Part shown: piece after piece, positions 16,771 to 25,899 of the stretch
Layout: each line of letters starts with the position of its first letter
Numbering within the stretch: the stretch's first letter is position 1
From: Clostridiales bacterium
GTDB taxonomy: Bacteria > Bacillota > Clostridia > Oscillospirales > QAKW01
Length of the DNA: 64,000 bases
NCBI GenBank assembly: GCA_003343605.1
Contig: QAKW01000071.1
Location: 356-64,355 of the forward strand
Direction of reading: 5' to 3'
Program-made: the position numbers and the translations under genes
Notes under the pieces: generated by a model
Told to the model about the DNA's origin: nothing
The model's database searches: none
What the model saw: the letters and a program-made list of their open reading frames with translations, nothing else

Positions 16771-18153
16771 ATGCGGATTTTAGATATTTTTTCAAAAATA
16801 GCGGCAATTCCTCATGGATCGGGCAATACAAAGGCGCTGAGTGATTTCTGCCTGGCCTATGCGAAAAAGCGCGGCTATCAGGCGCGGCAGGACCGGTGGA
16901 ATAACTGCCTGATTCGGGTGCCGGCCTCCCCCGGGCGGGAGGACCGTCCGGCGGTGATCCTGCAAGGGCATCTGGATATGGTTTGTGAAAAAGAGCCCGG
17001 CCTGCAGCATGATTTTTTCAAAGACGGGCTGCAGCTGGTCCGCCGGGGAGACGATTTATTGGCCCGAGGCACCACGCTGGGCGGCGATGATGGAATCGCC
17101 ATTGCCTATTGCCTGGCGCTGCTGGAGGAGAAGGAGCTGCCTCACCCGCCGCTGGAGCTGTTTTTTACGGCGGATGAAGAAACCGGTATGGATGGCGCGC
17201 GGGGCTTTGATCCCGCCTGGCTGAAAGGGCGTAGGCTGCTGAATCTCGATTCGGAAGAGGAGGGTGTTTTTATCGTATCTTCCGCCGGCGGGCGCTGTGT
17301 GACAGGGCGCCTCCCGCTTCAGCGGGAACGGTGCGGCCTGCCGGTTTATCAGATTATTGTTGAAGGCCTTCAGGGCGGGCACAGCGGTAGTGAGATTCAC
17401 CGGGGGCGTGCCAACGCCAACATTCTTCTGGGGAAAATTCTGGCCGGCCTCCCCTGCCGCCTGATTGAAGCGGAGGGCGGGCTGAAAAACAATGCCATCC
17501 CCCGGGAAGCGCGTGCGCTTGTGGCGATGGAAACGCCGGTAGATGCCCCGGCGCTGACAGCGCTTTTCCGCCGTGAATACGAAGAGCGGGAACCGGATCT
17601 TCAGATCCGGGTGGCAACCGCAACGGCCGATGAGATGCTGGAAGAAAGCTGCTCCAAGCAGGCGATTGCGCTGCTCTCTTCCCTGCCCGACGGCGTTGCT
17701 GAAATGAGCGGGGAAATCAACGGGCTGGTGGAAACCTCCTCCAATCTTGGCGTTTTAAAAACAGAGCGGGATTTTCTGAAGCTTACGGTTTCCATCCGGA
17801 GCATGAAAAATACCGGGAGGGATACGCATACCGGCTTATTGACTACTCTGATGGAGCAAAATGGGGCGCTGACAGAGGTGGAGGAAGGCTATCCCGCCTG
17901 GGAATACCGGAAAGAATCAGCCTTGAGAGAAACCCTGGCGGAGGCCTATGCGGAAATCTACGGCGCCGCGCCCAAAATGGTTGCGCTGCACGCCGGGCTC
18001 GAATGCGGCATTTTCGCCTCTAAGCTGCCCGGGCTCGATGCGGTATCCATCGGGCCGGATATCCGGGATATTCATACTACCCGGGAGCGGCTTTCTGTTT
18101 CTTCCGCTGTTAGAACCTGGGAGCTGCTGAAGCTGACGCTGGAAAAATTGTAA
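16771..18153 (+). CDS. pepD: aminoacyl-histidine dipeptidase (M20 family, PepD)
   Basis: IPHGSGN, LQGHLDMV, GGDDGIA and DEETGMDGA motifs. ATG 16771 has RBS AGGGG; the track start is an upstream GTG. Confidence 0.85.
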   Translation: MRILDIFSKIAAIPHGSGNTKALSDFCLAYAKKRGYQARQDRWNNCLIRVPASPGREDRPAVILQGHLDMVCEKEPGLQHDFFKDGLQLVRRGDDLLARGTTLGGDDGIAIAYCLALLEEKELPHPPLELFFTADEETGMDGARGFDPAWLKGRRLLNLDSEEEGVFIVSSAGGRCVTGRLPLQRERCGLPVYQIIVEGLQGGHSGSEIHRGRANANILLGKILAGLPCRLIEAEGGLKNNAIPREARALVAMETPVDAPALTALFRREYEEREPDLQIRVATATADEMLEESCSKQAIALLSSLPDGVAEMSGEINGLVETSSNLGVLKTERDFLKLTVSIRSMKNTGRDTHTGLLTTLMEQNGALTEVEEGYPAWEYRKESALRETLAEAYAEIYGAAPKMVALHAGLECGIFASKLPGLDAVSIGPDIRDIHTTRERLSVSSAVRTWELLKLTLEKL

Positions 18154-18185
18154 AAACCGGAGAGGATTTCCTCTCCGGTTTTTTA
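18154..18185. terminator. bidirectional terminator
   Basis: AAAAACCGGAGAGG-atttc-CCTCTCCGGTTTTTT. Confidence 0.8.
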
Positions 18186-18686
18186 AAGATATTTTTTCAG
18201 CACCTGATCCAATGGATAAAAAAGGATCAGAACCGAAACAAAATTGCCCGCGCAGTGAACCAGGTCAAAGGGGATTCCGCTCACAATATAGCCGAATCCC
18301 GCGCCGGGACCGCCTGTTATAAAATAGGGAATGGAGCAAAGGGTGCCGAACAGCAGGCCGAACAGCCCGGCAACGATCGCCCAGAGCACCGGATGAGACC
18401 ATTTGCGCAGCGGCATCACCAGCGCAACCAGCAATGGCCAGATATAAAGATAATTAAACCACCAGATCCCAAAACCGTAAAGCAGCCCTTCCGCCACAAT
18501 AAAGGCAAAAACAGAGAGCAGCGCCTTCCATCCCAGCCGGCAGGCCGCAAGAATCACCAGCAGCGTTACCAGCTCAATATTCGGCAATCCGGCAAGGGCA
18601 ACCTGCAGCGCAATCATCATGGCCGCAAAAACGGCCAGGGCCGTCAGCTCCCGCAGGTTAATAACCGATGGTGTAGGTTGCTTCAT
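18183..18686 (-). CDS. ECF-transporter S-component-like membrane protein (B12-regulon member)
   Basis: 167 aa with about 5-6 TM helices. It overlaps the upstream DUF4430 gene by 29 nt and lies downstream of the cobalamin riboswitch. Confidence 0.6.
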   Translation of the reverse strand: MKQPTPSVINLRELTALAVFAAMMIALQVALAGLPNIELVTLLVILAACRLGWKALLSVFAFIVAEGLLYGFGIWWFNYLYIWPLLVALVMPLRKWSHPVLWAIVAGLFGLLFGTLCSIPYFITGGPGAGFGYIVSGIPFDLVHCAGNFVSVLILFYPLDQVLKKYL

Positions 18687-19056
18687 AGTGTTCCTGATCC
18701 GCGATCACCTGCTCATTCATTCCCACGGTAATCGGAGTGCCGTCCTTGGAGATACACCACCAGGATTCATCCTTGCTCCAGTCGGCGGTAACGCCGTCGA
18801 TGGTGGTATAAAAACCATCGGCGGAATAGGTGATCAGCCCGGCTTCCTCCAGCGCGTTCGCCAGATATTCCTGATCGGTGGAAAGGGTGTGCTTTTTGCT
18901 GGCACCATCCTGATAGACCACCTCAAACGTAATGTCCTTGCTTCCCTTTTCAGGCTTGGCAGAGAAACCCTTCCAAAGGAGCAGTGCGGCTGCCACAAGA
19001 GCAACGAGAACTGCAGCGCTGATTCCAATCAGCAGCTTTTGATTTTTTTTCATCAT
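18658..19056 (-). CDS. DUF4430 domain protein (transcobalamin-like binding domain), membrane anchored
   Basis: N-terminal anchor KLLIGISAAVLVALVAAALLLW. The C-terminal WWCISKDGTPITVGMNEQVIADQEHYEATY fits the DUF4430 pattern. RBS AAGGAGAAGG precedes the ATG. Confidence 0.7.
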   Translation of the reverse strand: MMKKNQKLLIGISAAVLVALVAAALLLWKGFSAKPEKGSKDITFEVVYQDGASKKHTLSTDQEYLANALEEAGLITYSADGFYTTIDGVTADWSKDESWWCISKDGTPITVGMNEQVIADQEHYEATYTIGY

Positions 19057-19109
19057 CCTTCTCCTTTTATAAAATTTGAAACCGGCCGGTACGATCTGAT
19101 AATACATCC

Positions 19110-19345
19110 GCAGGGCGCTCCCCCTCTTTTCTCTGCCCTAAAGAAAGGCGGCGCCCGGCGAACGGTCAGGCACTCGTGACAAAAATCGCCCGGCCCTCCG
19201 GCGCCAAGTCTTTCGGCTTATGGCTCAGGCGGCACCGGCCCGCCTTCCCGGAAAACGCATTCCAGTGGCTTAAAATGAGCGGCGCCTCGCCAATTACGGC
19301 GACGAGTTCGCGGGGGATTCGCACCCCACTTCCTTGTTCGCCGGA
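19110..19345 (-). promoter_or_regulatory. cobalamin (B12) riboswitch
   Basis: The minus strand reads ...AAGGAAGTGGGGTGCGAATCCCCCGCGAACTCGTCGCCGTAATTGGCGAGGCGCCGCTCATTTTAAGCCACTGGAATGCGTTTTCCGGGAAGGCGGGCCGGTGCC... The B12 box GCCACTGG is at 19262-19269, and the GGTGxGAAxCC and GGGAAGGC blocks are present. Confidence 0.8.
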
Positions 19346-19394
19346 GTGGTTTCGTTTCTAAAGTTTATCACAGGGAAAATAAAATGTCAAAACC

Positions 19395-19423
19395 TTGATT
19401 TCTTGGCCTGAATCATATATAAT
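19395..19423 (+). promoter_or_regulatory. recA promoter TTGATT-17-TATAAT
   Basis: Spacing and hexamers are close to consensus, about 30 nt upstream of the recA RBS. Confidence 0.6.
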
Positions 19424-19455
19424 GAATCTATATAAGTATAAAAGGAGAAACCAAT

Positions 19456-20562
19456 ATGGCGGATAAAAAAGACGCGCTGGCAAAAGCGCTGGAGCAGATT
19501 GAAAAACAGTTTGGCGAAGGCGCCGTGATGAAACTGGGCGATAATAAACATATGAACGTCGGCGTGATTCCAACAGGCTCTCTTTCCCTGGATCTTGCGC
19601 TGGGAATCGGCGGGGTGCCCAAAGGGCGCATTGTAGAGATTTATGGGCCGGAATCCTCCGGAAAAACAACCGTGGCGCTGCATATCGCCGCGGAAGCGCA
19701 GAAGCGGGGCGGCGAAGTCGCCTTCATCGATGCGGAGCACGCGCTGGATCCGGTTTATGCCGCGGCGCTGGGTGTGGATGTAGACAGCCTGCTGGTTTCT
19801 CAGCCGGATTACGGAGAGCAGGCGCTGGAAATCACAGAGCAGCTCGTTCGTTCCGGCGCGATCGACCTGGTGATTGTAGACTCTGTTGCGGCCCTGGTGC
19901 CGCGCACAGAAATTGAAGGCGAGATGGGCGACGCACATGTTGGCCTGCATGCCCGGCTGATGAGCCAGGCGCTCCGAAAGCTGACCGGCGTTTTGGCAAA
20001 GAGCAACTGCGTTGCGATTTTTATTAACCAGCTGCGGGATAAGGTGGGCGTGATCTACGGCAGCAGCGAAACCACCACCGGCGGGCGGGCGCTGAAGTTC
20101 TATTCTTCGGTGCGGATCGACGTCCGCCGCACGGAAACGCTGAAGGCCGGCACGGAAATGATCGGGAACGCAACCCGCTGCAAAATTGTGAAAAACAAGG
20201 TGGCGCCGCCCTTTAAAACAGCAACCTTTGATATTATGTACGGAGAGGGCATCTCCCATGAGGGCGAGCTTTTGGATCTGGGCGAAAAGCTTAAACTGGT
20301 GAAAAAGAGCGGGGCCTGGTTTTCCTATCAGGATACGCGCATCGGCCAGGGAAGAGACAATGCAAAAAATTTCCTGAGAGAAAATCCCGATATTGCCGCG
20401 GAGCTGGAAAAAACGATCCGTGAAAATTTCGATACACTCCGGGCGATGGACAGTAAGGTGGCCAAACCCGCCAAAAAGGCGGCTGCTGCGCCGGCGGCCG
20501 CAATAGAAGAAGAGGTGAAGCCCGCGGTTTCCCTCGATGTATCGGCAGACGACTTTGAATAA
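19456..20562 (+). CDS. recA: recombinase A
   Basis: [12 protein letters not shown], Walker [10 protein letters not shown], and [28 protein letters not shown]. Confidence 0.98.
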   Translation: MADKKDALAKALEQIEKQFGEGAVMKLGDNKHMNVGVIPTGSLSLDLALGIGGVPKGRIVEIYGPESSGKTTVALHIAAEAQKRGGEVAFIDAEHALDPVYAAALGVDVDSLLVSQPDYGEQALEITEQLVRSGAIDLVIVDSVAALVPRTEIEGEMGDAHVGLHARLMSQALRKLTGVLAKSNCVAIFINQLRDKVGVIYGSSETTTGGRALKFYSSVRIDVRRTETLKAGTEMIGNATRCKIVKNKVAPPFKTATFDIMYGEGISHEGELLDLGEKLKLVKKSGAWFSYQDTRIGQGRDNAKNFLRENPDIAAELEKTIRENFDTLRAMDSKVAKPAKKAAAAPAAAIEEEVKPAVSLDVSADDFE

Positions 20563-21181
20563 ACCGAAGATTACGGCGATCCTCCCCCATGCGGAAAACG
20601 CAGGCCTAAGGGATCTGTTTGTAGACGGCGCGTTTTATTGTACCGTGCCCGCCGCGCTTTTGATGCAGCAGGGGCTTGGCGTCGGCGATTGTTTTGATGA
20701 GCAGGCGCTGGAATCGCTCACCTTCGCCGCCAAACTGATTCCGGCAAAGGAAAAGGCCTATCAGTATTTGGAATACGGCGATCTCAGCCGCAAAAAGCTT
20801 TATACAAAGCTGGTGCAGTATGGAATCGAGGAGCCGGTTGCGGAAGCGGCCTGTTCCCTGATGGAGGAGCAGGGGTTTATCGATGACGGGCGCCTGGCGG
20901 AAAGCATGGCGCACCGGTTTGCCGGCGCAAAACGCTGGGGCCCCCGCCGCATTCTGCCGGAGATGGTGCAAAGGGGCATTCCCCCGGAGCTTGCAAAAGA
21001 GGCGGTAGCCATGCTGGATTGGGATTATACCGAATCCATCCGTCATTATCTGGAAACCAAGTACCGGCGCGCCGACCTAAGCGATCGGAAGGAGCGCGCC
21101 CGGGTATGCCAGGGCCTGCAGCGGCTGGGATTTGAATTTGAAGATATTAACAGCGTGATAATACAGTTTACCGAGGAATAG
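20537..21181 (+). CDS. recX: recombination regulator RecX (start uncertain)
   Basis: Lies immediately after recA and overlaps it. It has three-helix repeat architecture with typical [16 protein letters not shown] and GWGPRRI-like motifs. Confidence 0.75.
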   Translation: MYRQTTLNKPKITAILPHAENAGLRDLFVDGAFYCTVPAALLMQQGLGVGDCFDEQALESLTFAAKLIPAKEKAYQYLEYGDLSRKKLYTKLVQYGIEEPVAEAACSLMEEQGFIDDGRLAESMAHRFAGAKRWGPRRILPEMVQRGIPPELAKEAVAMLDWDYTESIRHYLETKYRRADLSDRKERARVCQGLQRLGFEFEDINSVIIQFTEE

Positions 21182-21185
21182 AATC

Positions 21186-22517
21186 ATGAACGTAGGATTT
21201 ATCGGGCTGGGGTGTGAGAAAAACACCGTCAACACCGAGATGATGATTGCCGCCTGCAGAAACAGAGGCTATCAGATTGTGCACGAGCTTGAAAAAACGC
21301 AGGTGGTGGTAATCAATACCTGCGGATTTATCGAGAGCGCAAAGCAGGAGGCGCTGGAAACCATTTTTGAGGTGGCGCAGCTTAAAAGCGAAGGAAAGAT
21401 CGAGAAAATAATTGTAACCGGCTGCCTTGCCGAGCGGTATCAGGCAGAGATCGCGGCGGAAATACCGGAGGCCGATGGTTTTTTAGGGGTCGGCAGCTTT
21501 CAGCGGATCGGCGAGGCGATCGATCGGGTTTTAGCCGGTGAGCGGATCGAATGGTTCGGTCCGCAATCCGAACTGCAGCTGGAGGGCGACCGGGTATTGA
21601 CTTCGCCGGTCTATACCTCTTATCTCAAAATTGCGGATGGGTGCAGCAACCGCTGCGCCTATTGCTGTATTCCCGCGATCCGGGGCGCGTATAAAAGCCG
21701 CCGGATGGAAGCGGTGCTTCAGGAGGCGGAGCAGCTGGTGGCAGGCGGAAGCCGGGAGTTGATTCTGATCGCGCAGGATACCACCAATTACGGAATGGAT
21801 CTTTATGGGGAACGCCGTCTTCCCGCATTGATCCGCGCCATCGCCAAAATAGAGGGCCTGCATTGGCTGCGGCTTCTTTACCTTTACCCCGAAAAGATTT
21901 CGGATGAATTAATTGCGCTGTTTGCTTCGGAGCCGAAGCTGGTGCCCTATATTGAAATGCCGGTGCAGCACGCCTCTGGGAAAATTTTGCGGGCGATGCG
22001 GCGGCCGGGCGATGCGAACAGCCTTCTGAAGCTGATTGAGAAACTGCGGGCAAGGATCCCCGGCGTTGCGCTGCGCACAACGCTGATTGTGGGCTTCCCG
22101 GGGGAAACCGAAGAAGATTTCGAAGAGCTCTGCCGGTTTGTGCGGGCGGCGCGTTTTGATAAGCTGGGTGTATTCTGCTATTCCCGCGAGGAAGGAACGC
22201 CGGCCTATGACCTGCCGGATCAGATTGAGCAGGCGGTGAAAGAACGCCGCAGGGATGTTCTGGAAACCATCCAGGCAGATATTATAGAAGAAAAGCAGGC
22301 CGCACTGACCGGCAGAAAACTGGAGGTTCTGGCAGAAGGATACGACCGGTTCGGTGAATGCTGGTATGGAAGAAGTTATATGGAAGCGCCGGATATCGAT
22401 GGAAAGATCTTTTTTACCGGATCCGGCAGCATTGTGCCGGGTCAGTTTGTACCTGTGACCATTGAGGATACGCTGGATTTTGATTTAATCGGCTCTATAA
22501 AGGAGGACTGCTTGTGA
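21186..22517 (+). CDS. rimO: ribosomal protein S12 methylthiotransferase RimO
   Basis: MTTase N-domain, radical SAM CSNRCAYC, and a C-terminal TRAM domain. It is linked to pgsA. Confidence 0.85.
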   Translation: MNVGFIGLGCEKNTVNTEMMIAACRNRGYQIVHELEKTQVVVINTCGFIESAKQEALETIFEVAQLKSEGKIEKIIVTGCLAERYQAEIAAEIPEADGFLGVGSFQRIGEAIDRVLAGERIEWFGPQSELQLEGDRVLTSPVYTSYLKIADGCSNRCAYCCIPAIRGAYKSRRMEAVLQEAEQLVAGGSRELILIAQDTTNYGMDLYGERRLPALIRAIAKIEGLHWLRLLYLYPEKISDELIALFASEPKLVPYIEMPVQHASGKILRAMRRPGDANSLLKLIEKLRARIPGVALRTTLIVGFPGETEEDFEELCRFVRAARFDKLGVFCYSREEGTPAYDLPDQIEQAVKERRRDVLETIQADIIEEKQAALTGRKLEVLAEGYDRFGECWYGRSYMEAPDIDGKIFFTGSGSIVPGQFVPVTIEDTLDFDLIGSIKEDCL

Positions 22518-23110
22518 ATTGGCCCAACCGGCTGACAGTTTTGCGGGTATTGATGATTCCGCTTTTTCTGGTTGTTCTGGTCTTTGTTCCCTATCCGCTC
22601 GGCCCGCTGATCGGCGCGGCGATATATGCCGTTGCGTCAGCGACCGATGCAATCGACGGGCATCTTGCCCGAAAAAATAATCAGGTGACCGATTTTGGGA
22701 AATTTCTGGATCCGCTGGCCGATAAAATGCTGGTGATTACCGCCCTGGTGGTGCTGCAGTATCTGGATCTGATCCATCCGATCATCACGGTGATTATCAT
22801 TGCGCGGGAGCTGATGGTAACGTCTATCCGCCTGATCGCCGCCAGCAGCGCCGGCAAAGTGATTGCGGCGGGCTGGTGGGGCAAGGCCAAAACCGTAACG
22901 CAGATGATTGCAACGATTTTACTGATGGTGGAGCCGGTTTTACTGGGGGCGGCCGAGTTTTCCTGGAACCTGCCGCTTCTGACCGGCGCCACGCCGGAAA
23001 CAACGGCGGTTTTCGGAACGCTGATGCTTTATATCGCAACAATTCTTACGCTGATCTCCGGCGCGGACTACCTGATTCGAAACTGGAAATATCTCGATTA
23101 CCGAAAATAA
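22514..23110 (+). CDS. pgsA: CDP-diacylglycerol--glycerol-3-phosphate 3-phosphatidyltransferase
   Basis: CDP-alcohol phosphatidyltransferase motif DAIDGHLAR...GKFLDPLADK. GTG start overlaps the rimO stop. Confidence 0.9.
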   Translation: MNWPNRLTVLRVLMIPLFLVVLVFVPYPLGPLIGAAIYAVASATDAIDGHLARKNNQVTDFGKFLDPLADKMLVITALVVLQYLDLIHPIITVIIIARELMVTSIRLIAASSAGKVIAAGWWGKAKTVTQMIATILLMVEPVLLGAAEFSWNLPLLTGATPETTAVFGTLMLYIATILTLISGADYLIRNWKYLDYRK

Positions 23111-23114
23111 AAGT

Positions 23115-23146
23115 AAAACCGGGCGGCATCATTGCCGCCCGGTTTT
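23115..23146 (+). terminator. intrinsic terminator after pgsA
   Basis: AAAACCGGGCGGCA-tcat-TGCCGCCCGGTTTT. Confidence 0.8.
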
Positions 23147-23161
23147 GGGAAGGAGCATAAA

Positions 23162-23605
23162 ATGAACCCCTATCTGCACAAGGTGCAATATTATGAAACC
23201 GATCAGATGGGCTTTGTGCACCATGCGAATTATCTCCGCTGGTTTGAAGAGGCAAGGCTTGATTTTCTGGAGCAGATCGGCCTCCCCTACCCGATGATGG
23301 AGGAAAAAGGCTATCTGAGCCCGGTATTATCGGCTTCCTGCCGGTATAAACAGGCCGCGCGATTTGGAGAAACGGTGGAAATCCTTGCGGTCTTGCTGGA
23401 ATTTGGCAATGTACGTTTTCGCTACGGATATGAAGTGCGGGATTCCCAGTCCGGCGTGCTGCACGCCACCGGCGAAACCACCCATTGCTTTATCGGCCGC
23501 GACGGCCGGGTATTGGCGCTTCGCCATAAAGATCCTGCATTGTTTGCGGCGCTGCGGGCGGCGGTAGAGCCCACATCCACAGGGAGTCCTGATGCATATT
23601 CATGA
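23162..23605 (+). CDS. acyl-CoA thioesterase, hotdog fold (YbgC/4HBT family)
   Basis: VQYYETDQMGFVHHANYLRWFEEAR is the typical 4HBT N-terminus. RBS GGAAGGAG is present. Confidence 0.8.
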   Translation: MNPYLHKVQYYETDQMGFVHHANYLRWFEEARLDFLEQIGLPYPMMEEKGYLSPVLSASCRYKQAARFGETVEILAVLLEFGNVRFRYGYEVRDSQSGVLHATGETTHCFIGRDGRVLALRHKDPALFAALRAAVEPTSTGSPDAYS

Positions 23606-23624
23606 ATTTTAGAAAGAACTTTTA

Positions 23625-23651
23625 AAAATCCCAGCATAGCTGGGATTTTTT
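23625..23651. terminator. bidirectional terminator
   Basis: AAAAATCCCAGC-atag-CTGGGATTTTTT. Confidence 0.8.
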
Positions 23652-23667
23652 AATGGAGCGCAATCCT

Positions 23668-23967
23668 TTATGAAAGCGTGTAATCAAAGGAGAGGCGCTG
23701 GCAGACCGCCGGGCGCACCAGGCCTTCCGCAATTTTGCGGTGCGCGGGATGCTCCTGATAGGCGCAGAGCGCTTCATTGCTCTCAAACAGCGAATCCATC
23801 ATCAGATCCCCTGCGGAGGAGGGCAGGCCCTCGGTTATGATCTGCATCTTGATCAGGCCGTCGATTTTTCCGTTCAAATCCTCCAGCGCCCGCTTGATTT
23901 CAGCGGCGCGGGCCCGGGGTTCGCGCAGATCTTCTTTCAGTTTCCAGATAATCATGTGTTTTACCAT
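23668..23967 (-). CDS. Dabb (stress-responsive alpha/beta barrel) family protein
   Basis: MVKHMIIWKLKE...H..IAE pattern, 99 aa, as in the dimeric alpha/beta-barrel Dabb domain. Confidence 0.7.
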   Translation of the reverse strand: MVKHMIIWKLKEDLREPRARAAEIKRALEDLNGKIDGLIKMQIITEGLPSSAGDLMMDSLFESNEALCAYQEHPAHRKIAEGLVRPAVCQRLSFDYTLS

Positions 23968-23982
23968 GGTATAGGCTCCTTT

Positions 23983-24849
23983 TTAAAATAATGTAAGCTG
24001 CTCTTCCCGGGTCTCGGGAAAGGAATGCAGCATTTGAAAGATTTCAGAAGGGTTGTGACAAATGCCATGCCGGCTGCAAAAATCGGTAAAATAGCGGAAA
24101 AGCGCATCGCTCCGCGGGCTAGGGATCTCATAAGATAGGCCGAAGGCGCGGATATAGTGCGCTTTCAGGCCGGGAAAGAGGCGGTCGAGCTGCCGGTAAA
24201 AATAGTCGCGGCTGCCCTCCCGCAGGGTTACCCCCATCCCGAAATTCAGAATTCCGGCAACCCCGTTTTCCGCGCAGGCTTCTAATATCCTGCTTAAATT
24301 TTCTTCGGTATCGTTGATAAAGGGCAGCAGCGGGCAGAGCCATACGATCGTTGGAATTCCCAGCTTTTTGCACCGGCGCAGGATTTCCAGCCGCTGCGTG
24401 GTAACGGCAACACGGGGCTCCAGAATGCGGCAGAGCTGATCATCCCAGGTTGTCAGCGTGACCTGCACAATACATTTGGATTTTTCATGGATGCTATGCA
24501 GCAGATCCAGATCCCTCAGGATCAGGGGAGATTTTGTTAAAACCGCCGCGCCGAATCCATACTGCCGGATCAGCGTGAGGCAGCGGCGCGTCAACCTCAG
24601 ATCACGCTCAATCGGCTGATAGGGGTCGCTCATGGAGCCTGTTCCGATCATGCAGCCCTTTCGCCTGCTCTGCAGCGCCTGCTCCAGCAGCGCCGGGGCG
24701 TTTATTTTCACGGCCACATCCTCAAAATCGTGGTCGAACTGGTAGCAACTGCTGCGGCTATCGCAATAAATGCATCCGTGTGTACAGCCGCGGTAAAGGT
24801 TCATCCCGCCGCGGGCAGAGAGCAGCCCGCGCACTTTTATTTCGTGCAT
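23983..24849 (-). CDS. SPL-family (SplB/COG1533-like) radical SAM protein
   Basis: CTHGCIYC (CX3CX2C) lies near the N-terminus. The 288-aa length and TIM-like layout resemble DNA photolyase-like radical SAM proteins. Confidence 0.75.
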   Translation of the reverse strand: MHEIKVRGLLSARGGMNLYRGCTHGCIYCDSRSSCYQFDHDFEDVAVKINAPALLEQALQSRRKGCMIGTGSMSDPYQPIERDLRLTRRCLTLIRQYGFGAAVLTKSPLILRDLDLLHSIHEKSKCIVQVTLTTWDDQLCRILEPRVAVTTQRLEILRRCKKLGIPTIVWLCPLLPFINDTEENLSRILEACAENGVAGILNFGMGVTLREGSRDYFYRQLDRLFPGLKAHYIRAFGLSYEIPSPRSDALFRYFTDFCSRHGICHNPSEIFQMLHSFPETREEQLTLF

Positions 24850-25859
24850 AGGCCCCCGCCCTCCCCATAGCGTTCAAGCGCGCGTCTGAGTGCCGCGCAG
24901 TATTCGTTTCTGAGATCTTCCGGCTCGGTGATCTCAACCTCGCTGCCCAGGGAAAACAGCCAGCCGTAAAAAGGCATGCTTGGAATGAGATCAACCCGAA
25001 TGAGCAGCTTCCCGCCGGGCAGCGGCTGCGGTGCCAGCGCCTTGCCGAACCGGTCGACCATCACTTCCAGCAGCCGCGGCGGAAAAGAGAGTGCGATCCG
25101 CCTGGTTTCACCGCCGAACATGCCGAACAGCCGGGCAGTATAATCCTCAATATGGATTTTGCGGAACGCTTCTTCCCCGGTGCGCGGCTCCCCGGTAAAC
25201 GTAAGATCCCCGATCCGGTCCACCCGGTAATGGCGGATCTGCTGTGCGCGGTGATCAAACGCAATTAAGTAATAAAATTCATCCTGCCAGAGCAGCTGCC
25301 AGGGCGAAACGGTGTAGCAGCGCCCATGATGGCGCGGCTGCTTCCGCAGAGAACCCTGCTCGCTGATCCAATCAAAATAATGAAACCCGACGGCCTGATT
25401 TTCGCTGATTGCCCGGTTCAGATCATCTACCAGATAAAAGATGGTTTCATCCATGTTTTTAATCCGGCTGGCAACATATACCTGCCTGCGCAGGGCGGCG
25501 CTCTGCCATCTGCTGGTCAGGCTGCCCAGCTTCGCAAGAAGCTGGGCGGATTTCTTTTGGGTAATAAATCGGGAGGAGGCAACGGCATCCGCCAGCAGAC
25601 GCAGCTCTGCGGTTTCAAATGCGCGGCCGGCGGCAAAATATACCGTTTGTTTGCCTCTGCGTTCCTGCAGAATATCCAGGCCGCATTGATTGAGAGTCTG
25701 GATATTTTCATAGATGCTTTTCCGCTCGGCGGAAATCCCAAACCGGGCCAGGTGCGCGCGGATTTCCTCCATGGTGAGGGCATGGGTTTCATCTGTTTCG
25801 CTGAGAAAGATTTCCCTTAACCGCAGAAGCTTTTGCTGCTGATACGGATTTCTCGACAT
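24837..25859 (-). CDS. HTH plus WYL domain transcriptional regulator (YafY-like)
   Basis: N-terminal wHTH (LTMEEIRAHLARFGISAERKSIYENIQTL). Central WYL region (VSPWQLLWQDEFYYLIAFDH...IRHYRVDRI). C-terminal WCX-like domain. Confidence 0.8.
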   Translation of the reverse strand: MSRNPYQQQKLLRLREIFLSETDETHALTMEEIRAHLARFGISAERKSIYENIQTLNQCGLDILQERRGKQTVYFAAGRAFETAELRLLADAVASSRFITQKKSAQLLAKLGSLTSRWQSAALRRQVYVASRIKNMDETIFYLVDDLNRAISENQAVGFHYFDWISEQGSLRKQPRHHGRCYTVSPWQLLWQDEFYYLIAFDHRAQQIRHYRVDRIGDLTFTGEPRTGEEAFRKIHIEDYTARLFGMFGGETRRIALSFPPRLLEVMVDRFGKALAPQPLPGGKLLIRVDLIPSMPFYGWLFSLGSEVEITEPEDLRNEYCAALRRALERYGEGGGLCTK

Positions 25860-25899
25860 GCTGCATCCTCCGAAAACTGATTACTGTTTTCATCTTAAC

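Noticed and set aside
19346-19455. LexA/SOS (Cheo) box at the recA promoter
   Set aside because: No GAAC-N4-GTTC-type motif lies on either strand between the riboswitch and the recA start, so nothing is annotated. It is noted only as context for the WYL finding.
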